Counted from the whole stretch's first letter, positions 21,826 to 35,078 are shown. The stretch: 63,089 nt of DNA, filler included, from Octopus bimaculoides (GCF_001194135.2; 4 parts of 4 records of this genome joined end to end with filler, not necessarily neighbours in it); one strand, 5' to 3'. Notes: a model not told the origin generated them from the sequence alone. A program made the numbers and translations.

Positions 21826-22140
21826 TTCTTTTACTTTTTCCAGTCATTTGACTGCGGCCATGCTGGAGCACCGCCTTTAGTCGAACATATCGACCCCATG
21901 ACTTATTCTTTGTAAGCCTAGTACTTATTCTATTGGTGTCTTTTGCCGAACCGCTAAGTTACGGAACGTAAACACACCAGCATCGGTTGTCAAGGGGGGA
22001 CAAACAGGCACACACACACACAAACACACACATATATATATATATACATATGCAACGGACTTCTTTCAGTTTCCGTCTACCAAATCCACTCACAAGGCTT
22101 TGGTCGGCCCGAGGCTATAGTACAAGACACTTGCCCAAGA
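21826..22140 (-). mobile_element. SINE family A, 5'-truncated
   Basis: Family A tail through acacttgcccaag. Confidence 0.85.
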
Positions 22141-22142
22141 TT

Positions 22143-22470
22143 TCTGTAACCACCGTTGACACTGGCTTATGCTTATTGTCCGATCCCCATATACTGCATT
22201 AATATTCCTCGGACTTTCCATTGCGTTGTTGCCTTTATTGAACTCATAAAGCAAAATATACTGAATATGCTCCTTTGTCACTTCCATTATAGCTTTGAAA
22301 AAATAACTGTTAAAATCGAACTGCACTCTTCAAAACTTGCACTAAGAATAGGGACGCGGTAAAATTATTACCTGCTTTTATAACAAGTTGATGCAGGTAA
22401 TTTATCCCACACCCCACCGACTTTTAGTTCATGTGATTGAAAAAACTACATTATTTATTGAATGACCCAA
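22143..22470 (-). mobile_element. mariner transposon 5' fragment (TIR plus N-terminal HTH)
   Basis: MEVTKEHIQYILLYEFNKGNNAMESPRNINAVYGDRTISISQCQRWLQK is a mariner HTH; TIR ttgggtcattcaataaataatg next to TA at 22471-22472. Confidence 0.8.
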
Positions 22471-22589
22471 TATATTTTTATAAACAAATTCTTGAATCAC
22501 ACAACATAATTTTGGCATGTTTACAAATATATACACAGGGTGTTCAGGTTAAATTTTGCCATGTTTTCATGTCTCCTTTTTTCAAGAAC

Positions 22590-23790
22590 AGCTTGATCTA
22601 TTGGTGAATAGTCAACAGCATTGAAGAGCATCAAAATTAAAGCTGTAGTTGAGTAAAACTTAGCTAACATGGAGACTGGATAGCATCTGATTATTGGGAA
22701 AGAGTTACCTGTATCATGTTGATTCATGCCAGGTATCAAGATGCTGACATCATAACTGCTGCATGCCCAATGCTCTGTGAACACTTTGAAGGCTGTAAGA
22801 TATCATATGGACAGCTGCAACGGAGACTACGAAGCTGCAACCAACAGGTAGAGACACAACAGGCATTCTGATTGTGTCCGCTCACCAAAATTCATCCCCA
22901 CATCTATGAATAGGATCTTAGACTCATTTCAGACAGTGATTTGAAGCTTCAGGAAATACACCCATATATAGTCTTTTTTCAGTATCCAGGTGATTTTTTG
23001 AAGGAGGTTAGTCTGGCTCTTTTGGGGTTGTGTGGGCAGTCATCAAGAAGAGAGTGTTTCCTGGGGAGCTTGCTGCCCATATGTAGGATATCATTCTCTT
23101 CACTTTTCAGTACTAACTTAATGTATTTATCTTTTGCTGCTGCTGTTTAACAAGTGCTGTCTAAGAGAGGTTATATGACATTCAAAGGCTGTCTGCTCTG
23201 ATCTCAAGCCTCTACCTCTTTCATCTTTTCTCAGGTAGAGCCTGTCAACATCGTTATTTCTGAGATTTCCAGTTGATGTCAAGACCTTGCAGGTTTTAAC
23301 AACTACGGAGTAGGTTTCCTCTACAGGCCACTCAAGTATCCCAACTGTTGGTATCAGCATTGATACTGCAAATACATGGTGGGATATTGTCTTGTGAGGA
23401 GAGAGTTATGACTACTATACTTTGCTAAGTCTGGCATAATATTCTTGGATCACTCTATCTCTGTTCATAGCACTTTTGTATGATGTTTCCATCAATGTCT
23501 AGGTACTTGTAGCATTCTCTGTGGAACAGAAAAGATAGTGAGACATTGATGCATGGGTTTGGGGCCCGGGAAACTGATTTTCCATGTTTGACAATCAAAT
23601 ACGAACATTTCTTTTGACCAAATTTTATTCCTGTGTCAGCTGAAAATGTTATTAATTTCAACTGTTTTTTTTTTCTTTTTTTGGCATTGTTAACATTTTT
23701 AGCATTAATCTTGAGGTCACTCTCAAAGAAATTGTGGATTACATTAATATCTCTGATAGTAGCAGATCCTAGCATGTAGCCATTTGATTT
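22590..23790 (-). mobile_element. Degraded R4/Dong-like RT and downstream region
   Basis: LITFSADTGIKFGQKKC, YKYLDIDGNI, VLIPTVGILEW, NNDVDRLYLRKDERGRGL. Confidence 0.75.
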
Positions 23791-23894
23791 TTGTAGCAGG
23801 AATGATTATAGATTTAATGCTAAAATGAACAGAATTACAGAAAGTCTATGTATGTATGTATGTATGTATGTATGTATGTATGTACATATGTATG

Positions 23895-24093
23895 TACGAA
23901 AGGGTGCTGAAAAGTTCCTGGCTTTAGATAAAAGAAACTACAGGAGGATCAGTTAATTATAATTTTATTCAACACATTTGTTGCAGCAGTCCTTCAGTTT
24001 TTTGAAGCCCTGTAAAAGAACTCGGAAGATTGGGCCTCCGACCGGTCTTTCATGATACCCTTAAGGCCAGGAACTTTTCAGCACCACCTCATA
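23895..24093. mobile_element. Tc1/mariner MITE
   Basis: TIRs (ta)cgaaagggtgctgaaaagttcctggc / gccaggaacttttcagcaccacctca(ta). Confidence 0.8.
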
Positions 24094-24524
24094 TGTATGT
24101 ATGCATGTATGTGTGTGTAATTTTATTTTTGCATACATGCACGTATATAGATATGCATAAATTTGATAAGAATGCATTGACACCATGCAGTAACACTGAC
24201 ACACACACGCACACACACAAACACATCCAAACATGCACATTATTTAAATATATTTAAATACACATGCACACAGACATACATATTTGTTAATTCATGGCAG
24301 GCATTTATTACTTTGTCTCAAACAATTAGCAGTATAATTGCCACAGAAATTTGCAAGATTAACTATTGTAAGTAATGTTAGTCATTGCCCCATCATCACA
24401 TTGGTCTTTGTGGCAAAAGAAACTAGATCTCATCATTCACAAAAGACCATTTATTCAATGAATAAAGGACAAGAACAAATACAAACATGTACTGAATATT
24501 ACAAGAGATCTGGAGCAATGTATG

Positions 24525-25407
24525 CAAGGTGTCCCAAAAGGTTTTGACTTCATTTCATTACCTAATAATGTGAGCAATTTTCATCCAAATTGTCTCAAAT
24601 TTTAGCAATGTGTCTAGAATTCAATACATTTTTGAAACATGATCTTTCATATGTTTTCCTTTCCAGTATTAGACATGCCATTTACTGCAACAAAAAAGGG
24701 GTTTGTGTATTGAAGTCAAATGTGAATGTACAATGTATATTTGTTAGAAGATTTTATAAACAAATGCCATCAGGGAAGTAGATTTGGACGTGGCATAAGG
24801 AGTTTCAAGAGAAAGGCTGTTTGTATCAGAAAAGGAGGATCTGGATGGCCAGCAGTTTCAGAAGAGATGGTGAACCAACTTCAGAAAACGCTTAGTCGGA
24901 GTCCAAAGAAATCTGTGCAAAGAGCAAGCCTGGAAACCTAGATCCCCAAGTCAACTGTTTGGCATGTCATAAGAAAACACTTGCAGTTGACCCCTTCAAA
25001 CTTCAGCTTGTACAGACTTTAAAGCTGGTTGACGAGCAAAAGCGTAAAATGTTCTGTGAAGATATGTAAAAGAAACTTGAAGATGACAACTTTGAAAACT
25101 GTCTTGTTTTCAGTGACAAGGCTACATTCCATATAAATGGTGAAGCAAAATGTTCACATTTCAGGTGAAAAAAATCCACGACACAATTGAACATGAAAGG
25201 GACCCACCAAAAGTGAATGTGTTTTGCGCCATCTCTAAGAACCATGATAACTTTGGAACATTATAAAATTATCTCACAGAATTTTTCATTGGAAATCTGT
25301 AGACTAAAACTTATGTTCAAAATTAAGCCTATAAGGTTTAATTACTCTTGACCATGTATGTCACTCTGATATGGACATTTAAAATGTCAAATTTTTGGGG
25401 ACATCCT
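24525..25407 (+). mobile_element. Internally deleted Tc1/mariner (maT/DD37D-like) transposon
   Basis: TIRs caaggtgtcccaaaa / ttttgggacatcctg(ta); GSGWPAVSEE...SRSPKKSVQRAS, KSTVWHVIRKHL, LVFSDKATFHING. Confidence 0.8.
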
Positions 25408-25454
25408 GTATATATATTCAGTCATATGTATTTATGAATATATATCATTATTCA

Positions 25455-25590
25455 GTTTTATTTCAAGAGTTCTGGCCAATAGAGAAACAGGGTATTTTTG
25501 TTTGTATGTATGTATGTATGTATGTATGTGTGCAGATTTCAATGTTTTGTTTTAAGTATGTCTCCTCATGCATATACTTGCTATGTATGT
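25455..25590 (-). mobile_element. Family 1 3' UTR fragment
   Basis: gtgcagatttcaatgttttgttttaagtatgtctcctcatgcata is the reverse complement of 3280-3330. Confidence 0.6.
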
Positions 25591-25626
25591 ATGTATGTAT
25601 GTATCTATCTATCTATCTATCTATCT

Positions 25627-25900
25627 ATCTACATATATAAAACTGAGAATCTGTGTGTATCTGTCTGTCTATCTGTATGTGTGCATCACTAAAACTCAAG
25701 AACTACCCAACCGATTCCATTCAAATTTTACACATGCCTTACTTAGGGCCCGTGCACTGTCATGGGCCAAAAAAGTTTTCAACATCTTGCCTAATGCAAG
25801 CCTGGGGCAATATCTTATCTCTTACACTATTTCAGTAACATATCAAAAGTGAAACAACAGCATCTCTATTGTAATGTGAGATGAAACTTTCAGTTTAATA
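25627..25900 (+). mobile_element. Helitron-like non-autonomous element 5' part
   Basis: tctacatatataaaactgagaatctgtgtgtatctgtctg...aactacccaaccgattccattcaaatttt, a typical Helitron-N 5' arrangement; no 3' CTRR end identified. Confidence 0.45.
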
Positions 25901-26887
25901 CTTTTACTATTAATACTGAAACTATATCTCACATATACATGCACGCGCACACACACACACACACATATATATATGTATAATAATTATGTGTGTATATATA
26001 TATTATGTGTATATATATANNNNNNNNNNNNNNNNNNNNNNNNNNNNNNNNNNNNNNNNNNNNNNNNNNNNNNNNNNNNNNNNNNNNNNNNNNNNNNNNN
26101 NNNNNNNNNNNNNNNNNNNNNNNNNNNNNNNNNNNNNNNNNNNNNNNNNNNNNNNNNNNNNNNNNNNNNNNNNNNNNNNNNNNNNNNNNNNNNNNNNNNN
26201 NNNNNNNNNNNNNNNNNNNNNNNNNNNNNNNNNNNNNNNNNNNNNNNNNNNNNNNNNNNNNNNNNNNNNNNNNNNNNNNNNNNNNNNNNNNNNNNNNNNN
26301 NNNNNNNNNNNNNNNNNNNNNNNNNNNNNNNNNNNNNNNNNNNNNNNNNNNNNNNNNNNNNNNNNNNNNNNNNNNNNNNNNNNNNNNNNNNNNNNNNNNN
26401 NNNNNNNNNNNNNNNNNNNNNNNNNNNNNNNNNNNNNNNNNNNNNNNNNNNNNNNNNNNNNNNNNNNNNNNNNNNNNNNNNNNNNNNNNNNNNNNNNNNN
26501 NNNNNNNNNNNNNNNNNNNNNNNNNNNNNNNNNNNNNNNNNNNNNNNNNNNNNNNNNNNNNNNNNNNNNNNNNNNNNNNNNNNNNNNNNNNNNNNNNNNN
26601 NNNNNNNNNNNNNNNNNNNNNNNNNNNNNNNNNNNNNNNNNNNNNNNNNNNNNNNNNNNNNNNNNNNNNNNNNNNNNNNNNNNNNNNNNNNNNNNNNNNN
26701 NNNNNNNNNNNNNNNNNNNNNNNNNNNNNNNNNNNNNNNNNNNNNNNNNNNNNNNNNNNNNNNNNNNNNNNNNNNNNNNNNNNNNNNNNNNNNNNNNNNN
26801 NNNNNNNNNNNNNNNNNNNNNNNNNNNNNNNNNNNNNNNNNNNNNNNNNNNNNNNNNNNNNNNNNNNNNNNNNNNNNNNNNNNNNNN

Positions 26888-27345
26888 ATCACAAGTGGTG
26901 TGCAAGAGAGGCAACTGCACTGGTATGGTCATGTGTTATGTATGAATGAAGACAGCTGTGTGAGGAAGTGTCACTCCCTACTGTAGAATGAACCTGTAGA
27001 AGAGGTAGACCCAGGAAGACATGGGATGAGGTGGTAAAGCATGACCTTTGGACGTTGAGCCTCACAGAAGCAATGACAGGAGACCGGGACCTTTGGAGAT
27101 ATGCTGTGATTGAGAAGACCCGGCAATTAAAGTAAGATCGCAGCCACGCATGTTAAGAATGCCCCTGGTGCGTCAGGTGATACGATATGCTTGAGAAGAC
27201 CTGTTGAGTGAAGTAAAACCAATATCGTAGCTGTGGCCAGTGACCCCTGACTGGCTCCTGTGCCAGTGACATGTGAAAAGCACCATCCCAACATGATCAA
27301 TGCCAGGTCCGCCTGGGTGGCTCCTGTTCCAGTGGCACGTAAAAA
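26888..27345 (+). mobile_element. RTE-like LINE 3' end plus UTR
   Basis: QERQLHWYGHVLCMNEDSCVRKC...RRGRPRKTWDEVVKHDLWTLSLTEAMTGDRDLWRYAV. Confidence 0.8.
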
Positions 27346-27416
27346 CACCAGCCAATTTTACCAAAGAACACCAACAATTTTACCAATCAACACCTCAAAT
27401 GATTTCAAGGTTTAGA

Positions 27417-27419
27417 TCT

Positions 27420-27451
<32 letters not shown>

Positions 27452-27500
27452 TTCTTCTTCTTCTTCTTCTTCTTCTTCTTCTTCTTCTTCTTCTTCTTCT
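27417..27500. repeat. (TTC)n/(GAA)n microsatellite
   Basis: Direct inspection. Confidence 0.95.
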
Positions 27501-27578
27501 CCAAGGTGCCATGCACTGGGACTGAACCCATAACCATGTGGCTGAGAAGCAAATTTCCCACCACACAGCCACACCTGC
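27500..27578 (-). mobile_element. SINE family A head fragment
   Basis: ccaaggtgccatgcactgggactgaaccc...ccacacagccacacctgc. Confidence 0.75.
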
Positions 27579-28119
27579 ATGCTGGTATGTATCACATATA
27601 TTTTTGCAGTGGTCACATTCAGTAATTAAACTTTTCATGATAAGAAATATCCCTTATCTTTTATTTTTACTTGTTTAGGATTTCACAGGAATGCAGGGAG
27701 TGTGATGCACATGACACATTTTTCAAAGAAAGATGATAGCTAGACATGTGGTAAAACTATCTTTATCAGTCTTGGTTTTACCTGGATGACATAGCAATAT
27801 GCTTGTGTATGTATGTATGTATGTATGTATGTATGTATGTATGTATGTGTGTGTATCTATATGAATGTGTGTGTGAGTCATGATCTAAATAAGTCATCCG
27901 AGAACTACCCCTGAACAAATAAAGACAGGTTTCTTATGTAATAAGGCTGAACAAAATAAATTGATACGATCACTGACACTAAACAACAACAACAAAAATT
28001 ACTGCTATTAAAGAATATCATTTATTGCTTTCTGTAGATAAATATAGGTATAACCACTTGCTTTCCTGTACCGTACATACATACACAGCACTGTACTTAC
28101 ACACACACACATGTATGCT

Positions 28120-28158
<39 letters not shown>

Positions 28159-28202
28159 NNNNNNNNNNNNNNNNNNNNNNNNNNNNNNNNNNNNNNNNNN
28201 NN

Positions 28203-28214
28203 TTAATTAATTAA
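28203..28214. other. Assembly spacer TTAATTAATTAA inside an N gap (also 37756-37767 and 52962-52973)
   Basis: Identical 12-mer centred between about 45-N runs three times; places stops in all six frames. Confidence 0.85.
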
Positions 28215-28258
28215 NNNNNNNNNNNNNNNNNNNNNNNNNNNNNNNNNNNNNNNNNNNN

Positions 28259-28478
28259 CACAACTTTCTCGCACTCTTACTTCCTGTTTCTGTTGTGCCT
28301 GTAGTTCAAAGGGTCAGCCTTGTCACACTGTGTCACGCTGAATATCCCCGAGAATTACGTTAAGGGTACACATGTCTGTGGAGTGCTTAGCCACTTGCAC
28401 GTTAATTCCACGAGCAGGCTGTTCCGTTGATCGGATCAACTGGAACCCTCGACGTCGTAAGCGACGGAGTGCCAACAA
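28259..28478 (+). mobile_element. SINE family B, 3' part (5' in gap)
   Basis: High similarity to 35585-35800. Confidence 0.9.
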
Positions 28479-29000
28479 CAATATATATATATATATATAC
28501 ACACACAGGTGTTAGTGTAGACAAGACCTTGAGTCACTCTGTTCTGCAAAATATTAATACACATGCACACACACACATGCACACACACACATGCACATGC
28601 AATGTGCTTCTGTACTATTTCTGCTTATGAAATTCCATTTACATGGTACCAATCAATGGAAAGGCGACAAGAAAACACGTTCAACCAATATACTGTGTAG
28701 TGGGCCTTGAACACGAAACAAGACAATTGCAAATCATTTCTTTCAACCACTCGACTATAACTGATTGTTTACTTTAATAAGTAGCCCAAAATAAATATAT
28801 ATATTGAAAGTAAAATTGAATGTGGATAAGTCTAAGGCAATTTTAGAAACAAAGCTAATAAGCTATGAAATTATATTAGCTTAGCTAAACTATAAAATTA
28901 AAATACTTTTGTTTCTCCGTACAGTAAACATCTTCAGTGGAGCTCTAAGCTATATTTTCTTTCCTTAATTATAGTCAATTAATTATTATTATTATCGTCA

Positions 29001-29044
<44 letters not shown>

Positions 29045-29354
29045 GTTCAGTAGTTTTATTTTTATAACGTGCTTTCACTTCACTACCGAGCGCAGCTCTG
29101 TGCACCTTGGGTATGTGCTGTGGTTTGCTGTGGTGCTTTTATGTTTACTGTATTGAAAGTGTTTTGCGTAGAATGTGTGCAGTACCCAGTAGTGCAATTT
29201 TCTGTATGTTACATATATTTGTAAGTCCTGGTATTTTTGTTATGTATTTGTCCGAGTATTTTTTTATTATACCTAAGGCACCTACTATGATAGGAATTGT
29301 TTCTGTTTTTAGACTCCACATTCGAGTTATCTCTATTTCCAGGTCTTTGTATTT
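29045..29354 (-). mobile_element. R4/Dong-like element, family 2: REL C-terminus plus 3' UTR
   Basis: KYKDLEIEITRMWSLKTETIPIIVGALGIIKKYSDKYITKIPGLTNIYNIQKIALLGTAHILRKTLSIQ*; (TAA)n on both sides. Confidence 0.85.
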
Positions 29355-29697
29355 NNNNNNNNNNNNNNNNNNNNNNNNNNNNNNNNNNNNNNNNNNNNNN
29401 NNNNNNNNNNNNNNNNNNNNNNNNNNNNNNNNNNNNNNNNNNNNNNNNNNNNNNNNNNNNNNNNNNNNNNNNNNNNNNNNNNNNNNNNNNNNNNNNNNNN
29501 NNNNNNNNNNNNNNNNNNNNNNNNNNNNNNNNNNNNNNNNNNNNNNNNNNNNNNNNNNNNNNNNNNNNNNNNNNNNNNNNNNNNNNNNNNNNNNNNNNNN
29601 NNNNNNNNNNNNNNNNNNNNNNNNNNNNNNNNNNNNNNNNNNNNNNNNNNNNNNNNNNNNNNNNNNNNNNNNNNNNNNNNNNNNNNNNNNNNNNNNN

Positions 29698-29765
<68 letters not shown>

Positions 29766-29990
29766 GGTGGTGGTGGAGAGCTGGTAAAATCGTTAGCACA
29801 CTGGGCAAAATGTTTAGAGGTACTTTGCTTGTCACTACATACTGAGTTCAAATTCCACTGAGTCTGATTTTGCCTTTCATTCTTTCAGAGCTGATAAATT
29901 AAGTACCAGTGAGACATTGCGGTCGATGTAATCAACTAGTCCCCTCCCCATTGAATTTCTGGCCCCTGTGGCTATAATGGAAAGGATTAT
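29766..29990 (+). mobile_element. SINE family C, full length, diverged
   Basis: gagctggtaaaatcgttagcac...gagttcaaattcc...gataaattaagtaccag...tggaaaggattatt. Confidence 0.8.
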
Positions 29991-30091
29991 TATTATTATT
30001 ACTGTTTTTGTGGCAAATGCATATCTCTTTTAGCCATATACTTGCCAAAAGATATACTTGTACAAAGAGACATACTTCGATATATATAATT

Positions 30092-30270
30092 GGCATTCTG
30101 TTGGTTATGATGCTTCAGGTTCCAGTTGAGTCAATCAATGGAACAGCCTGCTTGTAAAATTGAGAAAGTAGCTGAGCACTCAAGCACTCCACACACATGT
30201 GTACCCTTAATGGAGTTCTCAAGGAAATTCAGCACAACATAGAATGTGACCAGGCTGACCCTTTGAAATA
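30092..30270 (-). mobile_element. SINE family B, degraded 3' part
   Basis: ggcattctgttggttatg...ggttccagttgagtcaatcaatggaacagcctgc. Confidence 0.7.
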
Positions 30271-31840
30271 CAGTTACTACTAACTTTTGCCAGATGAGTG
30301 GACTGGAGCAACATGAAATAATCTTCCCCTGATGAAGGGAACTGGACTCATCTTAATATCCTCATGTGACTTGTTACCGGTTAATACCCTTGACGTTTTG
30401 CACATTTCATTTGCAATTTATGATTATTAATTAAGCCTGGGCTTCTTGAAACAGTTGTTGAGTTATAAAATTATCTATTTTCTTCCCTTATACTATACTT
30501 TTGTTTTGTATTTTTTAGTGCTTCATCTAAGTATATTTACATCAAGCCTAACTGTGTTTATTTCGTTGACTATCTCTCCCTCTCTTTCTCTCTCTTTTTC
30601 TCTCTCTCTCCACACATACACACACACATGCACACACACACACATATATAGTGTGCTGTTCCAAAAGATGGTAAGATCAACAAAAATGTGGGAGATAGTT
30701 ATTATTTACTAAACACATTTTTAGTTCATTATACCATGTGGGCAGTGCCTGATGATTATGCTAGGACCCAGACGTATTAAAAAACATTGTCTGACATGCT
30801 CTGAGCACATGAAACTAGTAGTTGCACATAAAAACATATATTGTGTTTATCAAATAATAATAACAACAATAATAATAATATATATGTATATATATATATA
30901 TACTTTATTTAAAAGCAGCAGAANNNNNNNNNNNNNNNNNNNNNNNNNNNNNNNNNNNNNNNNNNNNNNNNNNNNNNNNNNNNNNNNNNNNNNNNNNNNN
31001 NNNNNNNNNNNNNNNNNNNNNNNNNNNNNNNNNNNNNNNNNNNNNNNNNNNNNNNNNNNNNNNNNNNNNNNNNNNNNNNNNNNNNNNNNNNNNNNNNNNN
31101 NNNNNNNNNNNNNNNNNNNNNNNNNNNNNNNNNNNNNNNNNNNNNNNNNNNNNNNNNNNNNNNNNNNNNNNNNNNNNNNNNNNNNNNNNNNNNNNNNNNN
31201 NNNNNNNNNNNNNNNNNNNNNNNNNNNNNNNNNNNNNNNNNNNNNNNNNNNNNNNNNNNNNNNNNNNNNNNNNNNNNNNNNNNNNNNNNNNNNNNNNNNN
31301 NNNNNNNNNNNNNNNNNNNNNNNNNNNNNNNNNNNNNNNNNNNNNNNNNNNNNNNNNNNNNNNNNNNNNNNNNNNNTATATATATATATATATATATATA
31401 TGTATAAATGTATGCATGTGTGTGTGAGTGTGTATTACTATCTTGCTGCATTGTCATCTCCTATTTTTAGTACGTCCTAAACAGACTAAAAAAATGATAG
31501 GAGATGATATTCAGTCATCATAGATGGAACGCCTGCATCATAGATCTGCTCAATTAACGCTGACCTGGAGTATAAACAACAACAATAAACACAGCCACTA
31601 CTACTACTACTTTACATAGCTCTTCATTCATCCATTCAGTTTCTCGGTGATAGTTCCGTTCTCTATGTACATTGCTCTCAGTGATGGCTTTTCTCGTCCA
31701 CAATGGCCTTCGCTCCAAAGCAGTATTGATTTCAAATCACTTTTATTACAATGCCTCTCTCATCCCAGACATAACACGATGTGCACATGAGTGTTTGTGC
31801 GTGTCTGTATGTCTTTCTCTCAATGCACACATACACACAC

Positions 31841-31878
<38 letters not shown>

Positions 31879-32499
31879 AAATAAAATATATACATATGTG
31901 TGTATATGTATGCATTTATATATGTGCGTGTGTGTGTGTGTAATACATGGGCATGCAAATATGCATATATGAATATGTATGCATATATAAGCATACATAC
32001 ATATACACATACACACNNNNNNNNNNNNNNNNNNNNNNNNNNNNNNNNNNNNNNNNNNNNNNNNNNNNNNNNNNNNNNNNNNNNNNNNNNNNNNNNNNNN
32101 NNNNNNNNNNNNNNNNTTGAAATAATATGGGCAGTGGTGGGAGTGGGTGCAAGATGAGGGCGGGAGTGGGTGGTATGGTAGTGGTGGGGGTAGTGATGGT
32201 GGTGGGGGCAGTTGACTCGTAATTGATGAAAGTTGTAACATTTCGAAAGCACAATGTTATTTCTCTCCACCACCACCATACACATTTCTACACTTGCCCC
32301 ACCATCCGTTTCGATGTGGTGTATGATATATTATATTATTACATTCACTTGTATTCAGTTATTGTCTGTTATTCTGGAAAAAACCATAAAAATTCTATTC
32401 AGTTATATCCTGAATAGAATTTATGATCTGGAAATGAAGCGAAAAATATATTTATGGTAATGATTGTTCATCGAATTTAGTTATTTATTTATTTATTTA

Positions 32500-33312
32500 G
32501 GTATTATTATATTTTTATTTAATTTTTCATTTTCTTTTTGTTTCTTTCATTTTTTCTTAACTTTTCTATTTTCTCATTTGTTTTTTCTCTCATGCTCTTT
32601 TTAGTTCTCTTTCTTTCTTTCTTTTTCTCTCTCATTCACTCATTTCATTCTTTTCCCTTTCTTTGTTTCTTTCTCATTCATTTCATTCTTTTCTTTCTTT
32701 CTTTCTTTCTCATTTCCTTTTTTCTTTTTTTTTCTTCTTTCTCTCTCTCTCTCACATTTCCTTCTTTTCTTTCTTTCTCCCTCACTTTCATTTCTTAGTT
32801 TCTCTTTCTTTCTCTCCCTCATTCATTTATTTCTTTTTCCTCCTCTTTCATTTCTTTCTTTCTTTCTTTTTTCTCATTTCTTTCTTTCCTTCGTTTCTTC
32901 ATTTATTTATTTGTTTATTTATATTCTGCTTCCTTTTGTTTTTCTTTCTTTCTTTCTTTCTCTCTCTCTCTCTCTTTCTCATTTCTTTCTTTCCTTCTTT
33001 TCTTCACTTATTTATTTATTTATTCATTTATTTATATTCTACTACCTTTTCTTTTTCTTTCCCACTCTCTTTCATTTCTTCCTTTCTTTCTTTCACTTCT
33101 TTCTTTCTTTTCTTCTTTCTCTCTCTCTCACATTTCCTTCTTTTCTTTCTTGCTTTCTTTCTCCCTCACTTTCATTTCTTAGTTTCTCTTTTATTTCTTT
33201 TTCCTCCTTCACTCTTTCATTTCTTTCTTTCTTTCCTTCATTTCTTCACTTATTTGTTTATTTATTTATTTATATTCTGCTTCCTTTTGTTTTTCTTTCT
33301 TTATTTCTCTCT

Positions 33313-33349
<37 letters not shown>

Positions 33350-33530
33350 ATTTCTTTCTTTCCTTCGTTTCTTCACTTATTTATTTAATTGTTTATTTAT
33401 TTATATTCTACTTCCTTTTCTTTTTCTTTCGTTCTTTCTTTCTTTCTTTTCTTCCTTCCTCCCCCCACCCCGCTATTTATTTATTTATCTATTTATTTAT
33501 TTATTTATTTATTTATCTATTTCCTGACGT
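32500..33530. repeat. About 1-kb polypyrimidine tract with internal higher-order duplications
   Basis: Almost pure C/T with TTTA blocks; ctctctcacatttccttcttttctttct recurs at about 32745 and 33122. Confidence 0.9.
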
Positions 33531-33993
33531 GAAGTATACAATGTCAGATTGAAAATAAGCTTCACTTTCTGTGCTTTATTTTTAATTTTTATTTTTATTC
33601 TCTTTCACAGGTATGAAAGGAAAAGTAGAAAACAACTGCATAATGGGAAAATTATTCCATCAACCACAACAATCATAAAGGTGGAGGCAGGGATGAATGA
33701 AAACATTTGTAGAGAGGAGGAGAATCCTCGATGTGGGTCATTCGATCTGCTAGGAATAACAACTACAACAATAAAAATTTTCCAAATTACACTTCCCGCC
33801 CAAACCTACCCACACCTTGATGTATTAAAAGAATGGAAAACCTTGGAAGAAGAGTAAAATAATATAGTCAACTGTCAAAAAAAACCCCCCAAAAAATTAA
33901 ATAATTATTGTTATGAAAGGTGGAGCTGAAAGCAAATAAAGCTATAATTAATAGCATGTAAAAATTAGGTTAAAAATCACTTTCTCTTTTTTT

Positions 33994-34185
33994 TTTACTT
34001 CTTTCAGTCATTTGACTGTGGCCTTGCTGGAGCACAGCCTTTAGTCGAGCAAATCGACTCCAGAACTTATTCTTTGTAAGCTTAGTACTCATTTTATCAG
34101 TCTCTTTTGCCGAAGCGCTAAGTTATGGGGACATAAATACACCAGCATCGGTTGTCAAGTGATGTTGGGGGGGACAAACACAGAT

Positions 34186-34216
<31 letters not shown>

Positions 34217-34387
34217 CATATATACGACAAGCTTCTTTCAGTTTCCGTCTACCAAATCCACTCACAAGGCTTTGGTCGGCCCGAGGCTATAGTAGAAGAC
34301 ACTTGCCCAAGGTGCCATGTAGTGGAACTGAACCCGGGACCATGTGGTTGGTAAGCAAGCTACTTACCACACACCCACTCCTGCGCC

Positions 34388-34390
<3 letters not shown>
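33994..34390 (-). mobile_element. SINE family A, full length
   Basis: Colinear reverse complement of 36746-37155. Confidence 0.9.
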
Positions 34391-34439
<49 letters not shown>

Positions 34440-35078
34440 CACATACAATCTTACTAATTCAGTTTTATAGACATATACACACACAGAGATACATACAAAG
34501 ACATACACATTCATACTCACACAAATGCATGCATGTGCATGCACACACACAAATTTATACTCTCACGTAATCAAAAAGACAGACAGACAGACACAAAGAT
34601 ACTGATATATTCACTTAATCACCCTTCAAGTTTTATAGCTAGTAACGTAATTAACAAGCAAAGACAAATTTATATCCAACTACACTGTAATTATAGCCCC
34701 CTACCCACACCCCTAATTGCCAATGACAGGTGTAAGATTTACCTTATCATAATTAATGTCATTTACTTATTAACACTATTTCTTTCATCTGTCAGATTGC
34801 AGTAATTCAGTAAGTTCTTTTTTGAGTTCCAAGTTGGCCCTTGCTCTGAAGAGAAGCAGTTCTAATACTGACGAGTGGTGACCTCTTGTGGGGGAGGGCA
34901 TTGTGAGCTTTCAGGGAGTGTGGGGCAACCATAAAAATGGTACGAGCACAATCTACATTACATGCATCACTCACAACAGAACAACCACTAATATATAACA
35001 AGGCGCTAAGCACTAAAACAAAACAAACTGGTGCATTACACCAACGGGAAGAATCTATACTCTTCCAATCTTTCATCA

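Noticed and set aside
28203-28214. TTAATTAATTAA islands in gaps (three copies) as a biological repeat
   Set aside because: Identical 12-mer centred in equal-sized N runs; an assembly spacer.
30322-30400. CCCTGATGAAGGG as a hammerhead start
   Set aside because: No GAAA after the candidate stem II partner and no stem I.
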